Source of the DNA: Macrostomum lignano
Lineage: Eukaryota
NCBI GenBank assembly: GCA_002269645.1
Contig: NIVC01001447.1
Span: 1 to 64,000, forward strand
DNA length: 64,000 nucleotides
Reading direction: 5' to 3'
This document shows positions 38,101 through 59,425 of this stretch, piece after piece. A program made the translations under genes and the position numbers. Below the pieces are notes generated by a model. That model was not told where the DNA came from, did not search any database, and was given only the letters and a program-made list of their open reading frames with translations. How positions within the stretch are numbered: position 1 is the first letter of the stretch; every line of letters begins with the position of its first letter.

Positions 38101-41100
38101 CCAGTGTGGCACGTATCTTAATTTAAGCTTAAAAGCTTAGCCCTGGTGACACCCTGAGATCCCACATCAGCACCCTGAAGACACCCTGAGATCCCTCTAC
38201 ATTGACACCTGAAGACCCCCTGAGATCCCATATCGGCAATCTGAAGACACTCTGAGATCCCATATCTGCACCCTGAAGACACTCTGAGATCCCACATCGG
38301 CACCCTGAAGCCCCCCCTGAGATCCCACATCGGCACCCTGAAGACACCCTGATATCTCACATCGGCTCCCTGAATACACCCTGAGATCCCACATCGGCAC
38401 CCTGAAGAAACTAAGATCCCACATCGGAACCCTGAAGACACCCTGAGATCTCACATCGGCTCCCTGAATACACCCTGAGATCCCACATTGGCACCCTGAA
38501 GATACTCTGAGATCCCAAATCGGCACCTTGAAGACACTCAGAGATCCCACATCGGAACCCTGAAGACACCCTGAGATCCCACATCGGCACCCTGAAGACA
38601 CCCTTCGCAGATCTCACATCGGCTCCCTGAATACACCCTGAGATCCCACATCGGCACCCTGAAGATACTCTGAGATCCCAAATCGGCACCTTGAAGACAC
38701 TCAGAGATCCCACATCGGAACCCTGAAGACCCCCCTGAGATCCCACATCGGAACCCTAAAGATACTCTGAGATCCCAAATCGGCTCCCTGAAGACACCCT
38801 GAGATCTCACATCGGCTCCCTGAATACACCCTGAGATCCCACATTGGCACCCTGAAGATACTCTGAGATCCCAAATCGGCACCTTGAAGACACTCAGAGA
38901 TCCCACATCGGAACCCTGAAGACCCCCCTGAGATCCCACATTGGAACACTAAAGATACTCTGAGATCTCACATCGGCTCCCTGAATACACCCTGAGATCC
39001 CACATTGGCACCCTGAAGATACTCTGAGATCCCAAATCGGCACCTTGAAGACACTCAGAGATCCCACATTGGAACCCTGAAGACACCCTGAGATCCTACA
39101 TCGGAACCCTAAAGACTCCCCTGAGATCCCACATCGGCACCTTGAACACCCCCTGAGTTCCCACATCGGCACGCTGAAGCCCCATTTCGGTGCGCCCCGA
39201 CCCCCGCAAGAAGTGACGCCCAAGCCCTGCCGCTGCCCGCCCGCAGATTCACGCCTCGGAGCAGTATCCGGACTCTGCGCCTGACGTGGTCTGCCTGACG
39301 GACATTTACCACCCCAACATCGATGCCGACCTCACCTTGGAGCACAACATCTGCCTCAACCTATTCGACGAATGGAATCGAACCTTCGGCATCGAGGACT
39401 GTCTGCAGGGCCTGCTGTTTCTACTGTACCACCCCAACATCTCCGACCCAGTGTCCAGCTACTTCGAGTCCGGCCTTGACCAGGCCACCTTCATCAGGAA
39501 TGTCGGCAGGTCTCTGCGCGGCGAAGAAGTTGACGGGTTCACCTTTCAGAAGAATCACGGCTGGGCGGAGCACGAGGCCGCCCTGGCGCTCGGCTTCGAG
39601 CCCTCGCCCTCGCTGGCTGCCTCCGGGTCGGCTGACGGGGCCACCGCTACATCGGATTCGAACCCGAGCAGTGACGAGGCCGCTGGCTCAGGGGCGGCCG
39701 CTGTGTCCGCCCTGGCCGCTTTGGACCGCTTGGCGGCCGATCCGAAAACGGACGAGTCCGCCGCCGCGTATTCCACTGCCCCAGCCTCCACTGCGGACAT
39801 TCTGACCGCCTCTCTTGGCGACTGCAAAATGGCTACTAAAATGGAGGAAAACTCGCTAGATACTACTGCTGCCGCTGCTTCAACGAACTCCGAGGCGACA
39901 CCCAAAGAGAACGGAGATGCTTCAGCAACAGCAGACTTCTGTACGACTTCCAGCGATCAGGCGGCAGCTGAGGATGCGGCGAAGCCGGCGGAGTTCGACC
40001 CGCTGCTGCCACAGACTGCTGATGGGGCCGCGCACCCGGATGTGGATTATCCCCGGCTGCTGCTGGACGGCACCGCCATGCCCGCCACCGACTTGTCGGA
40101 AGATGTCGAGGAGGTCGACGCGACGGCGACAGCAGCCGGCGCTTCCACCGCCTTGGTGGACAGCGGCAGGCCGGAGTCGCCGGACTCGCTCAGCCTGGCC
40201 TCGGACTGCTGCCTGCAGGACCTGCTCGCCCAGCTGCAGCTCGAAGAGGCGGCAGCTCTGGACGGCTCGGACGGTGATCTGGTTGCCTCCGCTGCTGATT
40301 CGCCTCTGGACTTCGTCTGCCGCCGGTTCCGGGCGGCCCCCGACACCAGCGACGAGGAAGACGATGAGGACGAAGACGAGGAGGAACTCAGCGAGGACCT
40401 GAGCTCCGATGAAGATGAGGACGATGATAACGTCATCGATGATGAGGTGGACGATGAGGATGTTAGCGCTGGAGGGCTGGTGGCCAGCGTTGAGGTCAGT
40501 GGGGAACTCAGCATATTTAATCTGCACCTCCTGACTCTGCACTCCCTGACTCTGCACTCCCTGACTCTGTACTCCCTGACTCTGCACTCCCTGACTCTGC
40601 ACTCCCTGACTCTGCACCCACTTGACTCTGCACTCCCTGACTCTGCACTCCCTGACTCTGCACTCCCTGACTCTGCACCCCCTGAATCATCACTCCCTGG
40701 ACCACCGTCAATTTGCACAAGTTCATAGCAACGCCATCGCCACTTTAATTTGCCGCCATTGCAGGCCGGCCTCTACCAGCTGCCCCGGCTGCTGCCCGGC
40801 TACCCAGCAATCCAAAGCCGTGGCAGCCAGCGGTATCGGCGGCGCCGGCCCGACCCGGCCGCTGTGGCCGCTTCGACTGCCGCAGCCGCCGCGGCGGCCT
40901 CCCGACGCTCCCTGACGGTGGTGGCTCGCAGCTCGGCACCTGTCGTTGTTCGACTGCGCGGCGGCGGCATGCGTTCGGTGCAGCTGCTGCAGGTGGGATA
41001 ATATAAATCCCAGGGGCAATTAAAACTCTTCTAATTAGTCCCCTCCCTATTCGACAGAATAAAAACAAGAATTCTATCCAGTGGTGGGAGTGAGGCGCGA

Positions 41101-42594
41101 ATTCGCGCCTGGCGCGAATTTTGGGATTAATGGCGCGAATGCGCGATTTCTGAGGCGAGGCGCGATTTTTTTTATGCTCAATGCGCGAAAAATGTTAGCT
41201 GATTTTGCTTTACTTTGCCAGTGACTGCCACACCCCCAGTGTCTCATACAGCTGTACTTTCACTTGTAAACTTATTATTGTTTTAACTTCTGGGGAAAGG
41301 TCGCCGCAGTTGGCAATCGCCCACTTCTTATGCGCATAGTACGTGTGCTATTTGTCTTGCCGCACGGCAACGCGGAAGTCGAGAATTTTCAGCAATCTTA
41401 ATGATGTCGTTACAAAGAAGCGCTCCAGTCTTGGAGCGCACACCATTAAGGCACTAGTCGTCGCGCGCTCTTGCCTTGCTGCTAAATGTTGGACAGCTGC
41501 TACGCTACCAGTCTCGCTTAGGTTGCAGAACCTGTGCAACAGCGCCTATGCTGCGTACCGCCGACGGCTGGAAGAAGAGAAGCAAGAAGAGGAGCGCAAG
41601 AAGAGGGAAGAGCTTGAGAAGAGTGTCCTCTCCGAAATTCGAAACGAGAAAAGCGCAAGCAAGACATTCACAGACTTAGGAAATTCTGTTCTGGAGACTA
41701 ACGAGCAGATAAAGAAGAAGCAGAAGCAGAGGGATGACGCTCAGAAGCTGTTGCTGGAAATGCGGCGCGAAAAAAAATCGTAGGCGCGAAAAAAATGGGC
41801 ACTCCTCACTCCCACCACTGATTCTATCTAACACTAACCCAACTATGGAAATCCCTCTATCCTATGGAAAACCCCTATCCCAACTATGGTAATCCCCAAT
41901 CCCAACTATGGAAATCCCCTAACCCAACTATGGAAATCCCCCTATCCTATGGAAAACCCCTATCCCAACTATGGAAATCCCCTATCCCAACTATGGAAAT
42001 CCCCTTATCCCAACTATGGAAATCCCCTTATCCCAACTATGGAAATCCCCTAACCCAACTATGGAAATCCCCTTATCCCAACTATGGAAATCCCCTAACC
42101 CAACTATGGAAATCCCCCTATCCTATGGAAATCCCCTATCCCAACTATGGAAATCCCCTAACCCAACTATGGAAATCCCCCTATCCTATGGAAAACCCCT
42201 ATCCCAACTATTGAAATCCCCTATTCCAACTAGGGAAACCCCCTATCTCAACTATGGAAATCCCCTATCTCAACTTTGGAAGTCCCCTATCCCAACTAGG
42301 GAAACCCATGTATTTGCTGTTTTGCTTCAATCGAATTTTCTTGTCTTTCCAACCTGGCAGGTGGAGGCGAGCGCCCGCTACCCCGGCATGCTCAGCATCA
42401 GCCTGAACGGCCGGCGCCTCCAGCCCAGCTTGGCGCGGCTCCTTCTGCGCCACGCTGCCCGCGCCTTCGCCGAATCCGGCTGCGTCTGGCTCAGCGGCGG
42501 CGCCTCCCCGATGACAGTCGGCGGCGGTACCGACAGCGCCAGCCTGCTGGCCTGCCTGCTGCTGCGCCACTGCTTGCTGCCCGCACCGCTGTGA
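35127..42594 (+). CDS. Ubiquitin/NEDD8-conjugating E2 (UBC12/UBE2M-like) with a long C-terminal extension, ~625 aa; exons 35127-35294, 39247-40494, 40765-40992, 42361-42594
   Basis: UBC fold motifs GPYKHGKFLF, YPDSAPDV, IYHPNID, active-site NICLNLF-EW and LQGLLFLLYHPN. All introns are GT-AG phase 0. Poly-D/E tract at 40350-40460. Exons 3-4 are less certain than exons 1-2. Confidence 0.85.
35323..37976. mobile_element. Foldback-type non-autonomous DNA element (2,654 bp) with arms built from 151-bp modules
   Basis: Left arm 35323-36772 and right arm 36855-37976 are reverse complements around an 82-bp AT-rich spacer. Termini CAGTAGGAATACCAAG / CTTGGTAGTTCTACTG. TTAA on both sides (35319-22, 37977-80). 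No transposase ORF. Confidence 0.9.
38140..39180 (+). repeat. ~33-bp intronic minisatellite (CCCTGAGATCCCACATCGGCACCCTGAAGACAC)n
   Basis: About 31 variant copies ending near the acceptor of E2 exon 2. Confidence 0.9.
40528..40700 (+). repeat. 15-bp intronic minisatellite (CTGACTCTGCACTCC)n
   Basis: About 11 copies. Confidence 0.9.
41079..41820 (+). mobile_element. Internally deleted hAT DNA transposon (742 bp)
   Basis: Perfect 17-bp TIRs CAGTGGTGGGAGTGAGG/CCTCACTCCCACCACTG; perfect 8-bp TSD ATTCTATC (41071-78, 41821-28); residual HGNAEVE(R)IFSNLNDVVTKKRSSL resembling the hAT C-terminal dimerisation region. Confidence 0.9.
41836..42310 (+). repeat. ~21-bp intronic minisatellite (CCCAACTATGGAAATCCCCTA)n
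   Basis: About 21 variant copies. Confidence 0.9.
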
Positions 42595-42729
42595 TGGGAT
42601 TCCCGTGTACAGTTCCTAATGGCCGAAGAGCATATTTTGCTTTATTTTTCTGAAAGCGAGATTTCTATCCTTGAAGTGCAACTCAGTTTTTTGTGACAAA
42701 CTAGATACCTACCTGTAGTGAATGCGCTA

Positions 42730-43330
42730 TCTATGTACACTGCCAAGCCCAACCCATATATAATGTACACTGCCACTGCCCAGCCATACCCATCCACAAT
42801 GTACACTGCCCACCCATCCACAATGTACACTGCCCACCCATCCACAATGTACACTGCCCACCTATCTCCAATGTACACTGCCCACCCATCCACAATGTAC
42901 ACTGCCCACCCATCTCCAATGTACACTGCCCAACCCCACCCATCCACAATGTACACTGCCCACCCATCTCCAATGTACACTGCCCAACCCCACCCATCCA
43001 CAATGTACACTGCCCACCCATCCACAATGTACACTGCCCACCCATCTCCAATGTACACTGCCCAACCCCACCCATCCACAATGTACACTGCCCACCCATC
43101 TCCAATGTACACTGCTCACCCATCTCCATTGTACACTGCTCACCCATCTCCATTGTACACTGCTCACCCATCTCCAATGTACACTGCTCACCCATCTCAA
43201 TTGTACACTGCCCACCCCACCCATCCACAATGTACACTGCCCAACCCCACCCATCCCCCAATGTACACTGCCCACCCCACCCATCCACAATGTACACTGC
43301 CCACCCCACCCATCCACAATGTACATTCTG
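42730..43330 (+). repeat. ~22-27-bp minisatellite (CAATGTACACTGCCCACCCATC..)n; second block at 46255-46378
   Basis: About 25 copies; the same unit recurs 3 kb downstream. Confidence 0.9.
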
Positions 43331-44250
43331 CCTGAGCCTTTTCTTTCCGCATACTTAAAGTGCCGGTATAATTTTTGTAGGGAAAGCTTGATATAAATAT
43401 GGTTCTGCTACTTTATGAGCTCCCCAGTGGTAAGAGGAGACCTGAACTTCATTATAATATTATAATTAGCAACTGCAATGCTCAACACTGCGTGCTCGTC
43501 GCTTCTGTGTGTGACTTTGTATAGGGAGCGAGCTTATCATGCGGTTAGTGGAGATTATGAATAGCTAAATTGTTCATTTTATATGTATTCTGTTTGTCTT
43601 ACTGTATATGCTAGAGTATATTAATAATATTTATCGCAGGGCAGTCAAGGACTTCTAAAACTGTCCTTGTCTGGATGGCGTTTCAGTCCAGTGCGCAGTG
43701 CCGGTGGTCCTTGGCGCAGTGTATATTTAATGCAGAATTATTCAGCGCATGAGTGCATTGGGTGCCGATCACGCGGCCAATTCAGTCTGCGGCTTGGATT
43801 TCAAGTTTATTAGATAATGATTTTTGCGTGTTATGCTCAAATAAATGCAGATTGTAACTGCGCATCTCCATCCTGATGCTGCGTTAGTTTGATTTTTTCG
43901 GTTTCACATCGATTTTGTCGCAGGTATTTTTTAAACTAGGGCTTGTTTTCTTAGAATCAATAGTTCATGAGATTTAAATGCAACTCTTAATGAGATCTTG
44001 AAACTGGTTGTCTGTTTCTAACAAGTCTTATGCACATTTCTAGGGAAATTGGGTCCGTATATATAAAATTCTATGTGCATTTATTGAGTATTAGTCTGTT
44101 TCTATGAAATCTAATGTACATCTCCACGATTCTGTACCATCTAAGATAAGCCAGCATTGACTAAAGCGATCGCTCTCTGCTTTTAACCAATTTATCAGGT
44201 GACCTTTTCTAGAAAACGGAGGTCAATTTCTTATCCAATTCGTGCTCTGA

Positions 44251-46248
44251 CCCAGTGGCAAAAGTTAGCTAGAATCTAGTTCGAAATTTCGAAGTAGAAT
44301 TTAGCTCGAAATATTGCCCGGCGAATTCTAGCTAGAATTTTCTAGCTACTTTCGAAGTAAAAAAATCCAAGCTTTTGAACAAATTTCGAACCTTTTTAAA
44401 ACCAGATATCTGCCTTAAGGTACATTTAGGCTGTGTTGAGAGTAAATATATTGTACATGTATATTTTCACAGTTGATTATTTTTAGCCTAGAGTCGCCAG
44501 GTGCGTAGCCAGAAATTTATGGGGGAATATAGGCTGCCCCTCAGGAGGGAAATTTTCTTTTGGGGGGGGGGGGGGATAGCACGCCCCCTAAGGAGAAATA
44601 CTTCAAAAAACAATTCGTTTGGCTGTTTGGGGGATACATCCTCCTGATCAGCCCTTCCCTACACCCCCCAAGTCGCTAATTTTTTAAACTGAAAAATGAA
44701 TCCAACATCGCATTTTTCAAAATGATGCACTAGAATAGCAGGTTTGGTCACTATGCTCCCCTCTCCTCTCCTCTCTTTTCTTTTTCTCTTTTCGCTTTGA
44801 TCTATCCTCTCTTCTCTTCAATCTATCCTCTCAACTCTCCAGGCTCTTCTCTCCTAGACCAAAATGGTTGAAATTATGAAAAATTAAATGTAAAATTGTA
44901 TAATAATTGTCATTTTTACAACTGATTGCATTTTCCCATTTTTCAATTCTATTATAATTTTTGTAATTTGCACTTCTTGCAATTCCAATCACAAAATTTC
45001 ACTATACCACTTAGTTAAAATAATAAAGAGGAAGAATAGTAGGACTGGAGACATTTGTAATACAATGCAATGCAAGTAAATATAGTTTATAATAAATTTT
45101 CTATTAATAAGATGGCACACCACATTTTATCATTAGCAATTATTTATTTTAAAAGTTTGAAACAGTTAAAAGTAGATTAAAAAGCAAAAGTAGACAAGTC
45201 AAAAGACCAAAAAGCAAAACAACAACTAAGGTCTATTCAAGGAATTTCAAGCCACAGGCAAATTAACTATAAAAAAAATTGTGAAGTTCAAAATACAAAA
45301 ATAAAATGCAAACAGAAGAAAGCAACACCATGAGAGAACTATAAAAATACTGTGAAAAGTTAACAGATTAAATATGCAATGGAAAAAAGCAAGTGATCTT
45401 TACAAAAAGTAAGTTTTTAGAGCTTATAGTAGACCTAATCAATAGGAAAATCTAAAGGTGATGCAAGTGATATACAACAATGTAACTTTTGTTTTAAAAG
45501 GTATGAAATGTGTCAAACATGGGAAAAATAAAGCAGAAACATAAATAAATATTTCATGAAAACTTTAGAGGCAAGGCATCATTGAATCACAATTTCTAAA
45601 TCTATAATAAATAGGCCTAACTAAAAATCGAACTTTCTATTGGTCACTAGCAGTAACACTATAGTAAAAAACAGCATATAGTAAAAGAGACCATTCTAAT
45701 CTTTAAGAAGTTGCACCCTAGCTAAAATATCACTGTCTATCTGTTCCTTGATAGAAAAAAATGGATTCCACCTTGCACACAAGCTAGCCATGGTGGAAAG
45801 CAATAAGCGCAACTCCTGCAATCCTAATCATTTGTAACTATTATACTATGATAAATTCTGCGTCCAAAGATGACTTGACCCAACAATGTAAACTAATCTC
45901 ATTTGCAGCAGGCCTAGCAATCTACATGTAATTAATGTATTGTAAAGAAGTTTATAGTAAAGAACCAGATTTTTACGTTTTACGAAAACGTTCGTTTTTA
46001 TCGAACCTATGTTCTCATTCGAAAAATCGCACCAAGTTTTTGCTAAAATCTACGCACTACAGTGGCACACTATAAAAATGTTCAAATGCAAAATCTTTTT
46101 ATCAAAGAAAAGATTATACTTCAAAAAAAGTACTAGACATCTTTTTTGGCCACAGGATAAAGTAGAATCCCTCAAATTGCCACTTCGAATGTAAATACTT
46201 TTTTCGACGCGAATTCGAACTAAAATCGAACTAACTTTTGCCACTGGG
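44251..46248. mobile_element. Non-autonomous TIR element, CMC/EnSpm-like (~2.0 kb)
   Basis: 18-bp perfect TIR CCCAGTGGCAAAAGTTAG/CTAACTTTTGCCACTGGG, extending imperfectly to ~35 bp; GA on both flanks (possible 2-bp TSD); AT-rich non-coding interior. The superfamily call is inference. Confidence 0.7.
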
Positions 46249-46628
46249 GATCTATGCACAATGTACAATGTGCCCAACCCCACCCATCCACAATGTACTC
46301 TGCCCAACCCCACCCATCCACAATGTACTCTGCCTCCCATCTCCAATGTACACTGCCCAACCCCACCCATCCACCATCCAAAACCCCCAAATTTCAATTT
46401 TAGGGGGTTGGTGGCTCTAAGAAAAACTAAAAAATATCTTTCTAGGAAATTGCTGTCTAAATGTCGGGCATCTGTTGAAAATTCATTTTTTCTTTAAAGT
46501 AGAAGCAATTTTTCGAACAATTAGATGCTTATCGCTAGAAAATGGGTTCCGGTTTCTTGTATTCAACTCGCCAAGCAGCTGCCGAACCCCCGACAACAAT
46601 TGCAGCTTGCCCGGCAACCCTCCGCGCC

Positions 46629-47201
46629 ATGAAGGTGATCAAGTCCGCGCTCAGCATGAAGATCCCCGAGGGAGTCACCGTGGAGAGCCGCTCCCGCGTC
46701 CTCCGCGTCAAGGGCAAGCGCGGCGCCCTGTCGCGCTCGTTCCGGCACCTGTCCCTGGACATCAAGGTGTCCCCCAACGGCCGCACCCTCACGGTGGAGA
46801 AGTGGTTCGGCGTGCACAAGGAGCTGGCCGCGGTGCGCACCGTCATCACCCACGTGCGCAACATGATCAAGGGCGTCACGTACGGCTTCCGCTACAAGAT
46901 GAAGTCCGTGTACGCCCACTTCCCCATCAACATGGTCATCAGCAAGGCCGGCGACTCCATCGAGATTCGCAACTTCCTCGGCGAGAAGAACAACCGGACG
47001 GTGAACATGCTGCGCGGGGTGACCGTCTCCCAGACTGGCGTGAAGGACGAGATCCAGCTCGATGGCAACGACATCGAGGCGGTCAGCCACTCGGCCGCTC
47101 TGATCCAGCAGTGCTGCTGTGTGAAGAACAAGGACATCCGAAAATTCCTGGACGGCGTCTACGTTAGCGAGAAATCCACAGTGCTAGCCAGCGATGATTG
47201 A
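46629..47201 (+). CDS. RPL9: 60S ribosomal protein L9 (uL6), intronless, 190 aa
   Basis: [54 protein letters not shown] and [24 protein letters not shown] near 47269. Confidence 0.95.
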   Translation: [190 protein letters not shown]

Positions 47202-47479
47202 CATGTCTGACTGAGCTGACTCTCAGCTCTCTGTTTGACTCTCTGAGTTGACTGCATGCTCATTGAGAATAAATTTGGCTAAAGCAGGTCTCTGATATTG
47301 GGCCGAGTGAATTCCAGTGCGAATTCGCTGTTGGAAGAAAAAGTCTTTGTAGCTTTGTGCTTTGCTCATTTTCCGCTTACTGCTGCTTCAAGTAGTAGCA
47401 TAAGGTCGATTTCTGAAATCATTGAAAAGATAAAGAAAACTCACTAATACTATTTAAAACTTTCTTAGTTTCAAAGGAA

Positions 47480-47890
47480 TGTCCTATGAGAACCCATTAC
47501 TACACATTATAATCTATGAGAACCCATTACTACACATGATAATATATGAGAACCCTTTACTACACATGATAATCTATGAGAACCCATTACTACACATGAT
47601 AATCTATGAGAACCCATTACTATACATGATAATCGATGAGAACCCATTACTACACATGATAATCTATGAGAACCCATTACTATACATGATAATCTATGAG
47701 AACCCATTACTACACATGATAATCTATGAGAACCCATTACTACACATGATAATCTATGAGAACCCATTACTACACATAAGAATCTATCTATGAGAACCCA
47801 TTACTACACATGAGAATCTATGAGAAGCAACCGCTCCATGAGAATCCATCTATGAGAAGCAACCGCTCCATGAGAATCCATCTATGAGAG
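47480..47890 (+). repeat. 30-bp minisatellite (ATCTATGAGAACCCATTACTACACATGATA)n
   Basis: About 11 copies plus degenerate tail. Confidence 0.9.
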
Positions 47891-48583
47891 CACGCGCCTC
47901 GGCAAGCATCTCCCAGTCCTATCCAGCACAATCTATTCTGTGAGCACATCTGTGAACACATTGCTTTCGAATCGCGTCAAAGCTGACTGAAAGCTCCGAT
48001 GGGAAGCCCCCGTTGAGCTGTCGCGAGCTTGTCATTATTTTTAAAGCAAAATTTCCTACTTTTCCGTCACGGCGCCTCTGGAGTCATGCGAGGCTGGGCA
48101 GAGTTTAGCATTTATTTGCATGCAAGTACTGAGCGCGTGCGTGCTTGATTTCAGGCCAGAGCGCATATTTTCGTTCCTTTCTCAATTCCTGACAAACCTT
48201 ACCTTTGTCCGTAACTAACTTTGCTCTGCCCCTGCGCATGCTCTGTGTTTGAATTCCAGTTGCTTATTCCGAACTCTGCGTACCTTCCTTTCCTAGCGCC
48301 TGCCCCTGCCTTCCCGAGACTGCAAACAACCACCAAAAGAAGTTTATTTGTGCAACATTCACTGCTGCGCCTCTTCAAGCCCCTCGCGAGGCCGTGCACA
48401 CTGCGCTCTCATTGACAATGGGGCTGCTCTGCATGTAAATTGTCCTAGGAATGAGTCGAGTGAGTCAGGCCAGCGTGGCTATAGCGGTCTGTTTGCCCAC
48501 CAGCTCGCACAACTCGGACAATAGAGCGACCGCCACCCGCGGGCAGGGTTCTTAGCTTCATCTCCGAGCTGCAGCCGCCCGCT

Positions 48584-48694
48584 CTGATTGGCTGCTCCAG
48601 GCGGGCTTGGCTGCAGCTAAAGCTGACCGGCCCGCTCCGCACCCAAAGATGGAGCGCAGAGACTGAAAACTCTGGGGCAGCCGCTGGCTATAAA
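48584..48694 (+). promoter_or_regulatory. CCAAT (reverse, ~48586) and TATAAA (48689-48694) upstream of the dynein light chain gene
   Basis: CTGATTGGCTG and GGCTATAAATGG about 100 bp before the ATG. Confidence 0.55.
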
Positions 48695-48787
48695 TGGACT
48701 GCCCTGCGGCCTCCGCGCCCCCTGGCCGCAGCCACCGCAGCACCCAACCAGCCATCTCCAGCTCAGCCAACTCCAACAGCCTGCAGA

Positions 48788-49121
48788 ATGTCTTGGCAGA
48801 AGGGCGACATGAGCGACGAGCTCCGCCAGGCCGTGGTGGAAATCGTCAACGAGATCTGCTCCGAGTCCAAGGACGACGACAGCATCGCCAGCAACTTGAA
48901 GAAGAAGCTGGACGCCCAGCTCAGCCCCACCTGGCAGGTGACGGTCGGCCGCAACTTTGCTAGGTGAGTCCGGCTGAGTCTGGCTGCTCCCGCTGTGCTC
49001 GGTGAGTCCTGACACCCCTCCCCCTTGATCATCCCGCAGTCACGTGACGCACGAGAAGGGCACCTTCGGCTACTACCAGTACGGCCCCTACGCCATCCTG
49101 ATGTACAAGGCCGGTCTGTGA
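48788..49121 (+). CDS. Dynein light chain type 1 (LC8-like), 85 aa; exons 48788-48963 and 49040-49121
   Basis: KGDMSDELRQAVV...IASNLKKKLD...PTWQVTVGRNFAS|HVTHEKGTF...AILMYKAG matches the LC8 pattern; 76-nt GT-AG intron in phase; AATAAA ~49269. Confidence 0.9.
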
Positions 49122-49604
49122 TCCGTCGGTCGCTCGCTCTCTAAGGGAGTTCGTTCCGTCTGTTACTGGAATCAGTTCGAATTCGATGCACTCCATGACT
49201 GAATGGCCCTACAATGCTGGCTATAGCAGTAATTTTTTATAATAGCTTATTTCTTCGTTATAATTAAAATAAATTTGCATATGAAAATACTACTAAGTGT
49301 AGTATTCGCTTTCATTAATGCTAGCACGAAGTCTTAGCAAATTAATATTTCTATTTAATTAAATCGTGTCTTTGTTAAAGTTCTTTGTTTAAAAATTTGT
49401 TTATTGGAGCATAGACTACGGCTTCCCGACTGAGAATGCCTCTTAAACCTTCAGCTGTCTCCAGCATGCTAGGGTTAGCTAGGTCCTGCTTGCAAGCCGT
49501 TAAACTTATCGAATTTTCTTTCGATAGAACAGACCGGTGTATATTGGTCTAACTGCAATTGTTCCAACTGGATTCATGCGATTCAATTTGCAGCTAACTG
49601 TGCC

Positions 49605-50050
49605 AATTCTCATCTGAGCAATTCCATATTGAGCCAATTCTCATCTGAGCAATTCCCCATTGGGCCAATTCTCATCTGAACGATTCCCCATTGAGCCAAT
49701 TCTCATCTGAGCGATTCCCCATTGAATCAATTCTCATCCAAGAAATTCCCCATTGAGTCAATTCTCATCCAAGAAATTCCCCATTGAGTCAATTGTCATC
49801 CAAGAAATTCCCCATTGAGTCAATTCTCATCCAAGAAGTTCCCCAATAAATCAATTCTCATCCAAGAAATTCCCCATTGAGTCAATTCTCATCCAAGAAA
49901 TTCCCCATTGAGTCAATTCTCATCCAAGAAATTCCCCATTGAGTCAATTCTCATCCAAGAGGTTCCCCATTGAGTCAATTGTCATCCAAGAAATTCCCCA
50001 TTGAGTCAATTCTCATCCAAGAAATTCCCCATTGAGCTAATTCTCATCTG
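49605..50050 (+). repeat. 31-bp minisatellite (ATTGAGTCAATTCTCATCCAAGAAATTCCCC)n
   Basis: About 14 copies. Confidence 0.9.
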
Positions 50051-50505
50051 AGCTAATTTGAGCAAGTTAAACTGGAGAGCTCGCTCAGATAATTAAAACG
50101 AGTCCCAGCTGGTTTTGCAAAACAGATTGAAAAGGACGCGATGCAAGACAGCTCTTAAGAAAGAGGCACAATTCTTTGTTTTTGACTTTGACTTTGAGCC
50201 CTTCCGGTGCTGAAATTTGAAGGTGCGAAAGTTTTTTCCAGTTATTTTCCTCTTGCAACCGGCTGATGACAAGAACTCTTTTTTGAGACCTTTGACTTTT
50301 GTCGACTACAAAGGGATTTCAGCAGCTGAAACACAGGCTCTGATTGACCAACCCGACACCCCGGTGACAAAGCAGTCAGTTGGACAAATCAAAGGGCCGG
50401 TTGAGAAGAGGACCGGTTCGGACCAGAGAGAGCTCGAGCCGGGCTATTTAATCGGAACGGCAGCCGCTCCCAGCCCGCCCGCCGTCACCTGCAACACCAG
50501 CAGCG

Positions 50506-59072
<8,567 letters not shown>

Positions 59073-59177
59073 CTCTGCAAGGTGTGCGGCAGTGCGGAGA
59101 ATCGCAATGCTCGCTGTCTGTCTCATCCTGTCTTCTGTCTTCTCCGTCTCTATTCTGAATTTCCTTTTCTTGTTTTT

Positions 59178-59425
59178 GTCAATCTGCCCCGATCACCTGC
59201 GTTTCTCCTGTCAATCTGCCCCGATCACCTGCGTTTCTCCTGTCAATCTGCCCCGATCACCTGCGTTTCTCCTGTCAATCTGCCCCGATCACCTGCGTTT
59301 CTCCTGTCAATCTGCCCCGATCACCTGCGTTTCTTCTGTCAATCTGCCCCGATCACCTGCGTTTCTCCTGTCAATCTGCCCCGATCACCTGCGTTTCTCC
59401 TGTCAATCTGCCCCGATCACCCGCG
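59178..59425 (+). repeat. 32-bp minisatellite (TGTCAATCTGCCCCGATCACCTGCGTTTCTCC)n
   Basis: About 7.5 copies. Confidence 0.9.

Noticed and set aside
44500-44680. Small GCGTAGCCAG...G-run MITE-like segment inside the TIR element
   Set aside because: Termini and TSD could not be defined
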